DNA of 63,978 nt, the filler included, from Octopus bimaculoides (lineage: Eukaryota): the NCBI RefSeq assembly GCF_001194135.2. It is 6 parts of 6 records of this genome, joined end to end, with 100 filler letters (N's around TTAATTAATTAA, not from the genome) between each part and the next. Parts side by side here need not be neighbours in the genome. Positions count along the whole stretch, not along the records: positions 21,988 to 32,043 come from NC_068995.1; positions 32,144 to 47,072 come from NC_068986.1; 4 more parts are not named here. One strand, 5' to 3'. Of this stretch, positions 26,421-40,146 are shown piece after piece. Both the position numbers and the translations under genes were made by a program. How positions within the stretch are numbered: the first letter of the stretch is position 1; each line of letters begins with the position of its first letter. Under the pieces are notes generated by a model, which worked only from the letters and a program-made list of their open reading frames with translations, was not told the origin of the DNA and searched no databases.

Positions 26421-26959
26421 TGTTTTTAGTTTATTTGTTTATATATGTATACAACTATTAAGTTAACTATCACTATTTATATATGTATCGACTTCTTTTT
26501 TTATACATCTTGCAGATTGCTTCCCATTTCTGCTCTTATTTTTTCCACTTTCGTAATATTTTGCCTTTGTAGGGAGCGGATTCGACGATTGCTTCTTCTG
26601 TTTCGTTATAGCTGTGGTAGTCGTCGTCACCATCCTCATCATCATCGTTGTTTATATAAATAAAATCAATTGTATCACTAACTATTATGCTCTCCTTTAG
26701 GAGATCAAACATACGTTTCAATAAATTTAACCCTGATCGTCAGTATTTTCTCAGTAACATTTACTGCATTAGTTATTTCTGTAATTACTCCCTACAGAAA
26801 TATTTGCAGTTATTAATTTATGTTATAGTCTTTTCTGTAGACTATCGTAACTTTTATTATCAGGTCCATCGCCATGGAATATGGGAATGTCTGAGTTTGT
26901 TAACAGGTAGGTAATGCATGAAGACATTCGGTATTCCTCATAAAGATGAAAAAGGGTCA

Positions 26960-27715
26960 ATTTTTATCCCACGCCGGAGGAAAGGCCGCGCAACGAAGCT
27001 TTTGAACAAACTCAGGCATCCCCTCCAACCGAACAGGTTTAGGTTTTTCTCGGACGAGATGGTGAACACACAGAACAACCGTTGGCGTGCTGTGTTCTAA
27101 AAACATGTACCAATAGTGATAAAAATCAAACATCTAGCCAACATCATGGTGTTTGCAGTGATCACTTGTGATGGTGACGTTATGCTTCCATTCATCTTCC
27201 CACACGGCCTCAGACTCCACCCAGAGGCCTACATCAAGTGCCTAGAAGAGGTAGTGTTGCCTTGCGTGAAGAAGGTGGCTGCTGGAAGACCCTAAGTCTG
27301 GCAACAGGACTCTACATTATGCCACACAAGGAAGAGAACCCAGTCATAGCTGTCAGACAATTTCTTTGGCCACCAACACCCTTAACATCTGGCCACCTAA
27401 CTGCCCAGACTGCAACCCCACTTGATTATTATGTGCGGGGCGTAGTTGAGCGAGAGACCAACAAGACTCCTTGTAACACCAAAGATAAACTGAAGGCAAG
27501 GATTATGGCAGCATTCGCCAACTTAAACAAAAAGACTTTTCAGAAGATTTGCAGGAGATTCCGAAGTCGTCTGGAGGCCATGGTTGAAGCCAATGGCGAA
27601 TTTTTAAAATAAATTTACTCTTTAGTATTTCAAGATATTTTAATGTAAGTTTGGTAAATATATCTGTTAAGATAAGATGTCAGTGTTATTTCCATTTTTG
27701 CGTAATTTGGACGAC
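26960..27715 (+). mobile_element. Decayed Tc1/mariner superfamily transposase, DD37D (maT-like)
   Basis: FRFFSDE, IMVFAVITCDG, WQQDS..CH, WPPNCPDCNP-LDYY and KDKLKARI..GEFLK*. After correcting two frameshifts I count 37 residues between the second and third Asp. Confidence 0.9.
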
Positions 27716-27825
27716 GGGGTCCATAAATTAAGTACCTGTTGCGTACCCAGTCGATCTAATCGACTGGGCCCCCTCCCCTAATATTTTGGGCCTTGTGCCT
27801 AGAGTAGAAAATTTTAATCACTGCA

Positions 27826-27874
<49 letters not shown>

Positions 27875-29493
27875 AAAACACAGACACAGCGAGTGCGTCT
27901 TGATGCGTAGCATTCTTGCGATTAGTTCTTTCTTCGCTTTGTCCCATTATTACGTGAGTGAAATATGATACAAGGTGGCAGTGGTATATTTGTCGTATAG
28001 TTATGAGTGTGTGTGTGTGTGAGAGAGAGAGAGCCTGTGCGCGTATGTGTGTGTGTCTATCAGTTAAAAAGTTTCTATGTGAAGCAGAAAGGTTTTTCTT
28101 TTAACAAATATGAATATCTTTTTCAAATCTCTCTCTCCCCTTCTCTCTCGCGTCCCCCTCTATTCTCCTTTTCACTGTACCTCTCTCTCTCCCTCTCTAT
28201 CTCCCACTATCTCTCCCTCTCTCTCTCCCTCTCTATCTCCCACTATCTCTCCCTCTGTCTCTCCCTCTCTCTTTCTCTCTCACCATCTTACTCCGTGTTT
28301 CTCTTGGCCTCTGTCAAAAAATGTTTGCGTAAAAGAAAAATGACTTAAATATGCCCCCCCCCCCACACGTACACNNNNNNNNNNNNNNNNNNNNNNNNNN
28401 NNNNNNNNNNNNNNNNNNNNNNNNNNNNNNNNNNNNNNNNNNNNNNNNNNNNNNNNNNNNNNNNNNNNNNNNNNNNNNNNNNNNNNNNNNNNNNNNNNNN
28501 NNNNNNNNNNNNNNNNNNNNNNNNNNNNNNNNNNNNNNNNNNNNNNNNNNNNNNNNNNNNNNNNNNNNNNNNNNNNNNNNNNNNNNNNNNNNNNNNNNNN
28601 NNNNNNNNNNNNNNNNNNNNNNNNNNNNNNNNNNNNNNNNNNNNNNNNNNNNNNNNNNNNNNNNNNNNNNNNNNNNNNNNNNNNNNNNNNNNNNNNNNNN
28701 NNNNNNNNNNNNNNNNNNNNNNNNNNNNNNNNNNNNNNNNNNNNNNNNNNNNNNNNNNNNNNNNNNNNNNNNNNNNNNNNNNNNNNNNNNNNNNNNNNNN
28801 NNNNNNNNNNNNNNNNNNNNNNNNNNNNNNNNNNNNNNNNNNNNNNNNNNNNNNNNNNNNNNNNNNNNNNNNNNNNNNNNNNNNNNNNNNNNNNNNNNNN
28901 NNNNNNNNNNNNNNNNNNNNNNNNNNNNNNNNNNNNNNNNNNNNNNNNNNNNNNNNNNNNNNNNNNNNNNNNNNNNNNNNNNNNNNNNNNNNNNNNNNNN
29001 NNNNNNNNNNNNNNNNNNNNNNNNNNNNNNNNNNNNNNNNNNNNNNNNNNNNNNNNNNNNNNNNNNNNNNNNNNNNNNNNNNNNNNNNNNNNNNNNNNNN
29101 NNNNNNNNNNNNNNNNNNNNNNNNNNNNNNNNNNNNNNNNNNNNNNNNNNNNNNNNNNNNNNNNNNNNNNNNNNNNNNNNNNNNNNNNNNNNNNNNNNNN
29201 NNNNNNNNNNNNNNNNNNNNNNNNNNNNNNNNNNNNNNNNNTGTTTTTCCTATTCTGTATGCTGATTGCTTAATTACACACCCGAATCAACGTCCGTCTC
29301 TGCTTGGTTGACTTTGAATATAGTAACGTTGCCAGCCTAGTGGAAATATTGTCAGCATCTAATCTATGTCAGATCTCGAGGTCTATACTCTCAACAGCGT
29401 GCGCGCGCACCCACACCCACACACACATGTACATACACACATACACATCTAAGAAGACATTCACGCGTAGATTCATTGATTCATATATGCATA

Positions 29494-29533
<40 letters not shown>

Positions 29534-29565
29534 CACACAGACACACACACACACACATATATATA

Positions 29566-30446
29566 CATGAGGGGGTACCCAAAAGTAACCGGAAACGGTC
29601 TATGTGGGACAAGCCCGTTCTGTTTCAGGTTTCAGCCGCTAGGAGCCACTTGACGCAATCCTCAAGCATCAGTCTGCCTATCGGCGACGTCCAGTGAGGT
29701 CGTACTGCCACGTGATGGGTCCTTGTTTTGCAGCGCTTCCCCCTCTGCTCATCGATTTTTGCGGTGGTTGAAACGAAGGAACGGCGTGCTTCCGTGAAAT
29801 TCTGTTTTCTACTGGGGAAAATGGCGGCCGAAACAGTTGTCATGCTTTAAACAACTTACAAGGACGCTGCCATGAGCAAAACACAAGCTTACGAGTGGTT
29901 TTCCAGGCTTTAGGAATGATCACTTGTCGCTTGAAGACCAATTTCGTTCAGGACCACTGTCGGTCTCCTGGACGAATGAAGACATCACGAAAATTTATGA
30001 ACTGATCTTGGAGGATCGTCACCGAACAATTGATGAACTTGTTCATATGACTGATGTATCCTGGAGAATTTTGAGCGAGGAATTGCGAATGAAATGAGTT
30101 GTAGTAAAATGTGTGGCTCGCTTGCTCACGGAAGATTAGAAGGAGTTAAGACGGAATCCGTGTCGTGAATTGAAAGAACAGATGGGTGTTGATCCGGACC
30201 TTGTTTTGAAGGCCATCACTGGTGACAAAAGCTGGTGCTAGGGAATTGGCAGATGTAGAAGAGATGAAGAAAAAGACTTCGCAAGAGTTCCAGCACCGCT
30301 TCAAATGGAAAACGAGCCTGAACCGATGCATTGCTTCAAATAGAGAACACTTTGAAGATTTCAAGCAGGCGATAAAAGTGCAAACATGTAAAACTAAGGG
30401 ATTAAAATGATATTGCAAAATTGTGGGTTCTTTTGGGTACCACATG
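29566..30446 (+). mobile_element. Internally deleted mariner (Mos1-like) element with both TIRs and TA target duplication
   Basis: The left end ta|catgagggggtacccaaaagtaacc and right end ggttcttttgggtaccacatg|ta are imperfect inverted repeats. Internal translation gives VKFCFLLGKMAAET..AYEWF (HTH), EDRHRTIDEL and ITGDKSW (first catalytic D), followed by a deletion. Confidence 0.88.
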
Positions 30447-31276
30447 TATATATATATATATATATNNNNNNNNNNNNNNNNNNNNNNNNNNNNNNNNNNN
30501 NNNNNNNNNNNNNNNNNNNNNNNNNNNNNNNNNNNNNNNNNNNNNNNNNNNNNNNNNNNNNNNNNNNNNNNNNNNNNNNNNNNNNNNNNNNNNNNNNNNN
30601 NNNNNNNNNNNNNNNNNNNNNNNNNNNNNNNNNNNNNNNNNNNNNNNNNNNNNNNNNNNNNNNNNNNNNNNNNNNNNNNNNNNNNNNNNNNNNNNNNNNN
30701 NNNNNNNNNNNNNNNNNNNNNNNNNNNNNNNNNNNNNNNNNNNNNNNNNNNNNNNNNNNNNNNNNNNNNNNNNNNNNNNNNNNNNNNNNNNNNNNNNNNN
30801 NNNNNNNNNNNNNNNNNNNNNNNNNNNNNNNNNNNNNNNNNNNNNNNNNNNNNNNNNNNNNNNNNNNNNNNNNNNNNNNNNNNNNNNNNNNNNNNNNNNN
30901 NNNNNNNNNNNNNNNNNNNNNNNNNNNNNNNNNNNNNNNNNNNNNNNNNNNNNNNNNNNNNNNNNNNNNNNNNNNNNNNNNNNNNNNNNNNNNNNNNNNN
31001 NNNNNNNNNNNNNNNNNNNNNNNNNNNNNNNNNNNNNNNNNNNNNNNNNNNNNNNNNNNNNNNNNNNNNNNNNNNNNNNNNNNNNNNNNNNNNNNNNNNN
31101 NNNNNNNNNNNNNNNNNNNNNNNNNNNNNNNNNNNNNNNNNNNNNNNNNNNNNNNNNNNNNNNNNNNNNNNNNNNNNNNNNNNNNNNNNNNNNNNNNNNN
31201 NNNNNNNNNNNNNNNNNNNNNNNNNNNNNNNNNNNNNNNNNNNNNNNNNNNNNNNNNGTGTGTGTGTGTGTGTGTG

Positions 31277-31320
<44 letters not shown>

Positions 31321-32000
31321 ATCAATTGATATAAGTACATGCTATTAGGCATGTATAGACATGTATGTATATATGTATGTACGCATGTATAAATGTATGT
31401 ATGAATGAATGTATATATGTAAGTATAAATGGATGCATGTACGTTTGTGTGTGTGAGCGCGTGTGTTGGTATGCATGTATGTATGTATGTAGGTAGGTAC
31501 GTGACATAAATTTGAAATTTGTTTACACTATTGTATTAGCAGATTAAAAATGCTACGAAGTAGTTTTACAACTGTAGATATTCACTATGAAAATTATATA
31601 TTAAAATTACGTACCTATTTCCCATTGTCAGGTTTTATGTTACGTTTCTATATCATTTATTTACTACCAAATACATAAATTTCCTGTTTACAAATGACAG
31701 GAAGCTGTACGACTTGAGGTATTAAAATTTAATAAATCTATTCATACTTTTGTTGCTTTTGTCGTTGTTGTTGATGAACCTGTCGTCGTCGTCATCATGA
31801 TCATCATCATCATCATCATCATCACTATTATTGTTACTTTAGTCGAGCAAATCGACCCTAGGACTTATTCTTTGGAAGCCTAGTACTTATTCTATCGGTC
31901 TCTTTTGCCGAACCGCTAAGTTACGGGGAGGTAAACACACCAGCATCAGTTGTCATGCGATGTTGGGGGGACAAACACAGACACACAAACACATACACAC

Positions 32001-32043
<43 letters not shown>

Positions 32044-32143
32044 NNNNNNNNNNNNNNNNNNNNNNNNNNNNNNNNNNNNNNNNNNNNTTAATTAATTAAN
32101 NNNNNNNNNNNNNNNNNNNNNNNNNNNNNNNNNNNNNNNNNNN

Positions 32144-32178
<35 letters not shown>

Positions 32179-32232
32179 TTATCTATCTGTCTGTCTGTCT
32201 GTCTGTCTGTCTGCCAGCCTGCCTGTTTGTCG

Positions 32233-32362
<130 letters not shown>

Positions 32363-32384
32363 TGTATGGATGGATGGATGGATG

Positions 32385-32675
32385 GATGAGAGCTTGGTCG
32401 TAAGAATATTCAATTGCAGGCTGTGCGTTGTGTCCTTGAGCAAGACACTTTAATTACCTTTGCTCAAGTTCACTCAGCCGGCAAAAATGAGTACTACCTG
32501 TATTTCAAAGAGCTACTCTTGTCACATCTGTGTCACGCTGAATCTCCTTGTTAAGAATTCGTTAAGGTTACACGTGTCTATGGGGTGTGCAGCCACTTAC
32601 ACGTTAACTTCACGGTCAGACTGTTTCGTTGATTGGATCAACTGGAACCCTCGTCATCGTAAAAAACGTCGTAGT
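32385..32675 (+). mobile_element. tRNA-derived SINE family C (related copies at ~23470-23680 on + and ~50825-51156 on -; a similar head at 2873-3155)
   Basis: The head plus gcgttgtgtccttgagcaagacactt CORE-like segment and the 3' segment cacgttaacttcacg..caactggaaccctcgtc..cgtaa are shared between copies. Confidence 0.65.
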
Positions 32676-35600
32676 TCCAGTTATATATATATATATGTAA
32701 ATGTGTGTATGTGCGCGTGTGTGTATGTGTATGTGTGCCTGTGGTTGTGTGCGTGTGTTTATGTATGAAAGCGCATGGCTTAGTGGTTAGGGTATTCAGC
32801 TCACGGTTGTAAGGTCATAATTCTACCGCACACAGTTCCAAGTGGAAAGTTCTACAAAAAGAGTGACTCCAGTAACCTATAGAGAAATAAGCCTAATGTA
32901 TCAGACAATCTCATCACTGGGCAGTATCTAATTTCAGTTAGTGGAAAGACAAAAGCTTTGTAGTGCAATCGGTTGCCTCAACAGGTGTTAAATTTGCGAA
33001 TGGGGCCTTGCCAGTAGACCTACTAATATTTTCTCGCTAAAGTTGGTGCTTATATATTGGCTGGAGCTTGGCTGCTCTGCATTGACAAGGGGCAACACCC
33101 TGAAACTAGTCTAGTCTGCAGATGCCAAACCAGCAAGGGGAAGCTGCTGACCTCCCCTGTTCGAAGGTTATAAAGGCCACAGGTTTCGTGTGTCACATAG
33201 CTAGCTAGAGGCGATGGCTTCTTGGAGCTAATTCACGGCAGCTTTCGTCCTAATTTTGGGACTGCCATGTTGGCTTGGCGATAACTATTATATATATATA
33301 GTTTACAGTTAATTCAAGGTATTGTGAAAACAACTAAATTATTTGGAAGGCAAGATTTGGAATTTTAATAAACCTATTTTGACTGCTATTTGTAGTATAT
33401 CGAGTAACCTGTTATTTAGATTTGAAATTATTGTTCTTCAAGAGGGAGTTAATCATGATCAAGAAAGTTTATGATGGAAGGTGTTTGAACCATAAACATC
33501 TGCTTTTATTTTTCAAGCAGATTCAAAAATATATTGTTCTTTATGTGTTGCCTTTTTAAGAGTGTTTAACTGTGGTTATCTGTGCCATTACCAGATAAAG
33601 TTCCCACTAAGGGATATTTAAAATGTAAGAATGTTTAAAATGTAAGAAACAATCAGCGAACGTAGTTATAATGCTATTAGCCAATCGGAATTAGGGAAAA
33701 TAATGGAGATAGAGATAAGAGTGGATCTTAACTTTAAATTTTAGTCGAAATTAACCGCAACCAGTGCTTAACAGCATTGTAGATCCGAACTAGGTCCCTA
33801 AACTCGTGGGGTCTCTAGGTTTCTGGATTGAGAGACATTGTGCCATAGTGATTCTGTCTGAAGACTACAAAAGACTGTGCATTATAGTGCTATTTATTTT
33901 ATTTTATTTCAGAACTTGCACACAATGACATCATTGGTTACAGATTTCCAACGGACAAATCACTACTTCGCTGCATTTTTGACGGCAACTGAGTCAAGAG
34001 CACGCTTGATAACATGGCGCGAAGGGCTTTGTTCTCGCAAAGATGTTCCTTGCAAAGAGCAGCGGTTGTTCGACCATGTTTATAACAGCCTTCGCTAATA
34101 TACATCAAATGATAACGTGTACCGAATAATTTTTTCTTTGATATACTTGAAAATCAGAGTGGCTGTCGAGCGCTAAAACACTTTCAATCATAGGCCTGTG
34201 CAGTCTTCCTGTTAGACAACATTAACATAGACATAAACAAGAAGCAAGTTATTTTTAGACCGACGAGAATTCGCAAACACTTCTTCCTCAAATAACACCT
34301 TGTCATCTTAAAAAAAGGGAGGTGTGTCATATGTTATACACCTCGTGACACTATTCCTAGATATAAGATCACATAAGGCGGAATGGTCACAAGTGAAATG
34401 GTTGTGACAATAGGTTTGCTCGATCAACGCGTGTCTACATCCGGGGTTTGCATATGTACTGGATGTGCGCACACACGCTTCAAGGTTCACTCCCACTGCG
34501 TGACACCTTGTGCAAGTGTTTTCAAACTATAGTCTCGGGCCGACCAAAACTTTCTGAGTGGATTTAGTAGGCAAAAACTAAAAGAAACCCGTCGTATATA
34601 CATGTATGTATGTGTGTCTTTTTTTGATTGTATTTGTCCTCCAACGCCGCTTCTCAACCGGTGTTGGTGTGTTCACGTCCACGTAAATAAGTAAAAGATA
34701 AAAGATATGTAGTAGGATGTGACAGAAGATTTGGTAGTTATTCCTAGCAAAGGGAAACAATAGGTAGAGGCACTCTCGGTGTTAGTGAATTAATGAAAGA
34801 CAAACTGTAAAACAGGAAAAGAAAAGCGTTGTTAAAAAGTGGTACGATATCTTTTATATTCACATGTTTCGTTCGTTTTACCTGAATTTATTTATGTACG
34901 CATATATGCATACCAACACATGTATATGTACGCATATATGCATACCAACACACGCGTATACACACACTGATACGTACACATATTCATGTGTGTGTATGTG
35001 TGTGGGGTGGTGGTGCTTGTGTGTGTGTTTGTGGGTGCTTGTGTGTGTGTATGTGGATCTCTGTACATGTATATATATATAAATGTATATGTATATACGG
35101 ACATACATACGCTCACTCTCTCTTTTACATACACATGTGCGCGTGTACATTCACAGACACACACACACGCAGGCACACACACACACAGGCACACACTCAA
35201 ACACACGCAGACACACAGACAGACAGACACACACACACACTCACACACACACACATACATTCACACACACACACATACACACATCTATATATCCGAACGT
35301 TAAGGAATGGATTAGATAAAATCTGGGATGCATATGTTTCAAAGCAAGGGGAACCTCGAAAGTAGTAGATATCCAAGCACGGTGTATACCGCAGGTTACG
35401 CTTAAAGCCAAGGATATTTTGATTATATGAAGTTTATTTTGTCGATAAGGGGCTCATGTTTACACACGCGGGATTAAGTCAATTCAAATACATAAGGAAA
35501 ATTATGCATCAACATAGTTTTTATTAGTACAGTCATTTACAGAGCATATTTCATTCGGACTTCTGTCCGACATATGTTTCTACTGAATGGATGCATATCT

Positions 35601-35871
35601 AACAAAGTGGTTTCCATTTGCATCCTCTTCATTCTTCTGCATCCATGTTTGTTCAGCTTAAATATGTGTCCATGTTTAAATCATTATACTCCAGTTCGCT
35701 TCAAACTTTAATAGTGGCAACGAAGCGAACTCATGATTTAACCATCAAAGGAAATACATTGCGATTGTTTACCTTAAATCGTCTCATGTTATTCCTTACA
35801 ATTCGATGCAGTTATCCATAACTTGGATTATACTAGAGCACTTGAACGGTACCTTCCCGACTCCATTATCC

Positions 35872-35929
<58 letters not shown>

Positions 35930-35930
35930 G

Positions 35931-35991
<61 letters not shown>

Positions 35992-37562
35992 TCAATATAT
36001 AATATAATATGATATATATATTTGCTGCGGTACTACTCTCACAACCACATGGTTGAGATGGGCGATTAGATATAATGTACACGTGGGAAACGTGTATATA
36101 TATATATATAGTACAAAATGGGACAAGAACGCAAAACATCCGGACAGTTAGGTGATACAAAAACGGTACTACAAAACATCCAGATAAACGATACAACGAA
36201 AACAAGGACGGGTCATTCGAAGTTTTCTTTCCTCAGTCGAGTACCAGACTATCTTCGCAATTTCGGCTGATTATACTCAAGATTGCTCCAATCTGGCCAG
36301 CGCCAAGGAAAAACTAAGCATACATACATACATACATACATACATACATACATGCATACAAAATTACTCTGTTGCTGATGTTGAAATTCCAGAGATGGAG
36401 CCTTGGTTATAAACCGGCACATTCTCTGTTGGCAAGAAATCTTGAAATAAAACTGAACAATCACATACAAACATACATACTCAGCTGTATTTGCTGAAGT
36501 TATGATGTTTAAGGGACACATATATGGCAGAATTTCGGCTGTTTGAAAAAAGTTGTTTTCGCTTATTGGCAGAAGTGGAGTAAAGAGTAGCTGGTATGCA
36601 ATGATGAAGTATATTCGGCAGTATATTTTATCGAAAGGATAGAAGAAGAGAAAACATCCATCGCTCAATATTTTCTCATGATGGAACTTCGAGATCACTC
36701 ATGATCAACGTTGTCATGCAAGCCTGTACTCTTATGAATTAAATATGTATATTTTTGAGTATTTAGATATCGCAATATGAATGGGAATATTTGTGTACAC
36801 AAGTACACACGAATTACGTTTACACACACATACGCACAAACAATTGTATGCATATGTGTGTATTTGTGTGTGCATATATGAACATATAAATTCAAATAAA
36901 CGAGTAAAAGAATTCTATATAAATTTCAAGTCGATTTATTCATGTTTTATAGTTGTGCAACGTGTTTATGTATATCAGTTTGTTGCGGCGTGCTGTTTAG
37001 TGAGACGGTAAATATATGTATGAAATGTTTGTATTGCAACGTGTGTGAGAGTCTGTATGGATATATATATATATATATANNNNNNNNNNNNNNNNNNNNN
37101 NNNNNNNNNNNNNNNNNNNNNNNNNNNNNNNNNNNNNNNNNNNNNNNNNNNNNNNNNNNNNNNNNNNNNNNNNNNNNNNNNNNNNNNNNNNNNNNNNNNN
37201 NNNNNNNNNNNNNNNNNNNNNNNNNNNNNNNNNNNNNNNNNNNNNNNNNNNNNNNNNNNNNNNNNNNNNNNNNNNNNNNNNNNNNNNNNNNNNNNNNNNN
37301 NNNNNNNNNNNNNNNNNNNNNNNNNNNNNNNNNNNNNNNNNNNNNNNNNNNNNNNNNNNNNNNNNNNNNNNNNNNNNNNNNNNNNNNNNNNNNNNNNNNN
37401 NNNNNNNNNNNNNNNNNNNNNNNNNNNNNNNNNNNNNNNNNNNNNNNNNNNNNNNNNNNNNNNNATATATATATGTATATGTATATATATATGTATGCAT
37501 GTATGTATATATGTATGTATATATGTACATGTATATGTATATATATATGTACATATATATAT

Positions 37563-37623
<61 letters not shown>

Positions 37624-37961
37624 CATACATACATACATACACATACATATACACACATATACATGTATATATATGTATTTACATAATTGTGTATATATAT
37701 ATGTGTGTGTATATAAGTACTATGATTTAAAATTTATATACGGCATACAATGAATTAAGTTATATTATTAATTGAAACGGATGATTTCACCCAACTAAAC
37801 CCAAGAATCAAATAGTTCAATTCTCAGAAAGAAACCACTGATCCATGCAATACTTATTTATGTATATGGAAAAGATATTTGAAATGTTGTTTTATAGAGA
37901 GAACATGAGAGACAAAGAAAGACGGTGAAATAGGATATGAGTGATAAAAGGAAAGCGTGAT

Positions 37962-38014
<53 letters not shown>

Positions 38015-38914
38015 GTGTGTGTGTGATTGAGAGAAAGAGATGCGCAAGAGAGTGTGAAAGAAAAGAGAGAATGTTAGTGAGCGTGTTAGAACGTGAGAGA
38101 GCATGAGAAAATGCTTGGTAAATGTGAGAGTCGCCAGAAAGTTAAAGTGAAGCATGTAAATGCAGTGAGAAAGTTTGTAAGAATAATAGACATGTTAAAT
38201 TAAATATAAAGATGAATAAAGAATATGAGAGATGCATAGAAGACTAGATTGTATGAAGGATACGATGCAAAGAGAAATGACATTGAGAATTAAATATCTA
38301 GGAGTCAATTGGTTAAGTGGTTCTCATGTTTCGGGCAAATAAAATTTGGAAATATAGAATAAAAAAAATTATTGTTATGCAAACGGCGTCTCTGGATTAT
38401 TTAGTCTTTAAACTATTCTAGTTTCGTACGCGGATAATCTTGCGACTATACTTAGTGGTTCTTTCATTACTACTTCACTAAGTACACTGAAGACTATGCT
38501 TTGCTGAGAAGGTCAGAATAAGCTTAAAACATTATTACGCATTGTTCGAAGAGGAACAATGTTTCTCAAGTTTACAGTGTAGAAAATGAAAATAATATTC
38601 GCCATTCCTATTGTTTATCTTTTCTCGCCTCATAATTTGTTGTTTGCTTTTAGATTTTATTATACACATTCCTTAAAATATCTAAAAGATAATTTAACTA
38701 TTGTTTTCATAGTGTTGGCACACACGACTTGGTCATTTTCTGAAGATTTCCATATTCTTACCTCAGTAAATGTTACTATCATGTAGCTATACTTAGAAAT
38801 TCTTTTTATCTCTACATCCTCATGCATCTTAAAGGTTATGCATGCATCACTTCTGCCCTCGGAAGAATAAGTTGCTTTTTTCTCTTATAATGTTCGTTCA
38901 TCTTGTCAGCTAAC

Positions 38915-40146
38915 TGTTGTTGAGATTGCTAGCATCTAAATCTGTCCAATAGAAATTGCTCGTATGCGAATCCGTCCAATAGAATCGAATGGAAAGTTGT
39001 AGAACTCTCTAAAATATTCTAATGGCTTACCGCTATATAAGTAGAGCTGGTAGAGGGGCGTTTCTCCTTTTGCTTTTGTCTTTTTTTGTTATGCACTGTT
39101 TGAGAGACAGATAATAAGGCTATCTGGAGTATCACTGTGTTTTTCTTTGCGAATGACCAGGATCACACACCGGACAAATGCACTGTACCATCCAGCTACC
39201 AACGGAATAGCAGAACGTTTGGTGCAATCATTCAAGCAAGCGCTGATAAAGTCTTCTCTGCCCTACAAAGCGAGCTCTTCAAGAGTTCTTGATGTAGTAC
39301 TGGAGAACGCCGACATCCTGTAGATTCTCCCCAAGCGAAATCTTGATGTCCGGCAGATACGGACTAGGATTGACTCTCTGCTGCCCTCTCCAGCACACAT
39401 AGCTCAAGGCAAGCAATTCAAGAAATCATCAAAAGCTGAGATGACTGGAGACTCGGGAGGTATCGTCAACGCAATCAGACAACACAAGGCTGGTGATCCT
39501 GTATATGCACTGTACTATGGACTTCGCCTTGACAAGCAGTAGTCCTCACGAAGTCATTTGGTACTCTCTGGTTCAACGTCAAGGTCTTTCGTCATGGCCC
39601 AGTTTAGAGACGACGCTGAGAACAGCTACGTCCACGCTACACTTCTGCGGTGGACTGTGAAACTGGAAATGAGACGGGCAATATTTCTGAGCATCCAGCT
39701 GATCATCCAATAGAGATCCTGGAAGAAGTACCACAAACTCAGAGACAGACGAGACCACTTCTACCCAAGACCAAACCGCCTATACCTGAGTATGTACTGG
39801 ACAGCCTTAGACAATCCAAGAGAATACCCAAGCCCAGAGAGAAACTTTGCTGTTGATGCTTTTAGTGAAGCGTCAGTTCCGGTGGGGAGGTGTTGTGGAG
39901 GTCGCTAGCATCTAAATCAGTGCGACAGAAATTGCTGGCATGCGAATCTATCCAATAGAATCGAGTGGAAAGTTGTAGACCTCTTTAGAATGTTCTAATG
40001 GCTTACCGCTAAATAAGCAGAACTGATAGAGGGGCGTTTCTCCCTTTGCCTTTGTCTTTTCTTGTCATAAACTGTTTGAGAGACAGATAATAAACATATC
40101 TGGAGTATCACTGTGTTCTTGGCGAGTGAGTGAGAAAAGCACAACA
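38915..40146 (+). mobile_element. Internally deleted Gypsy-type LTR retrotransposon (two LTRs plus integrase C-terminal remnant)
   Basis: The 5' LTR (~38915-39156) and 3' LTR (39891-40146) are similar. Termini are TGTTGT...ACAACA, a PPT (ggtggggagg) lies at 39881-39890, and flanks ctaac/gtaac form a 5-bp TSD with one mismatch. The interior encodes YHPATNGIAERLVQSFKQAL..QIRTRIDSLLP..KAGDPVYA. Confidence 0.9.

Noticed and set aside
26536-26914. Acidic 61-aa ORF (NNDDDEDGDDDY) and neighbouring frames
   Set aside because: Stops occur in all extended frames, the acidic run comes from a GAT/GAC repeat, and there is no recognisable homology.
36195-36320. Possible hammerhead-ribozyme-like motif in a repeat (also ctgatga..gaaa near 51656)
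   Set aside because: The core is non-canonical and I could not build a convincing stem II/III pairing by eye.
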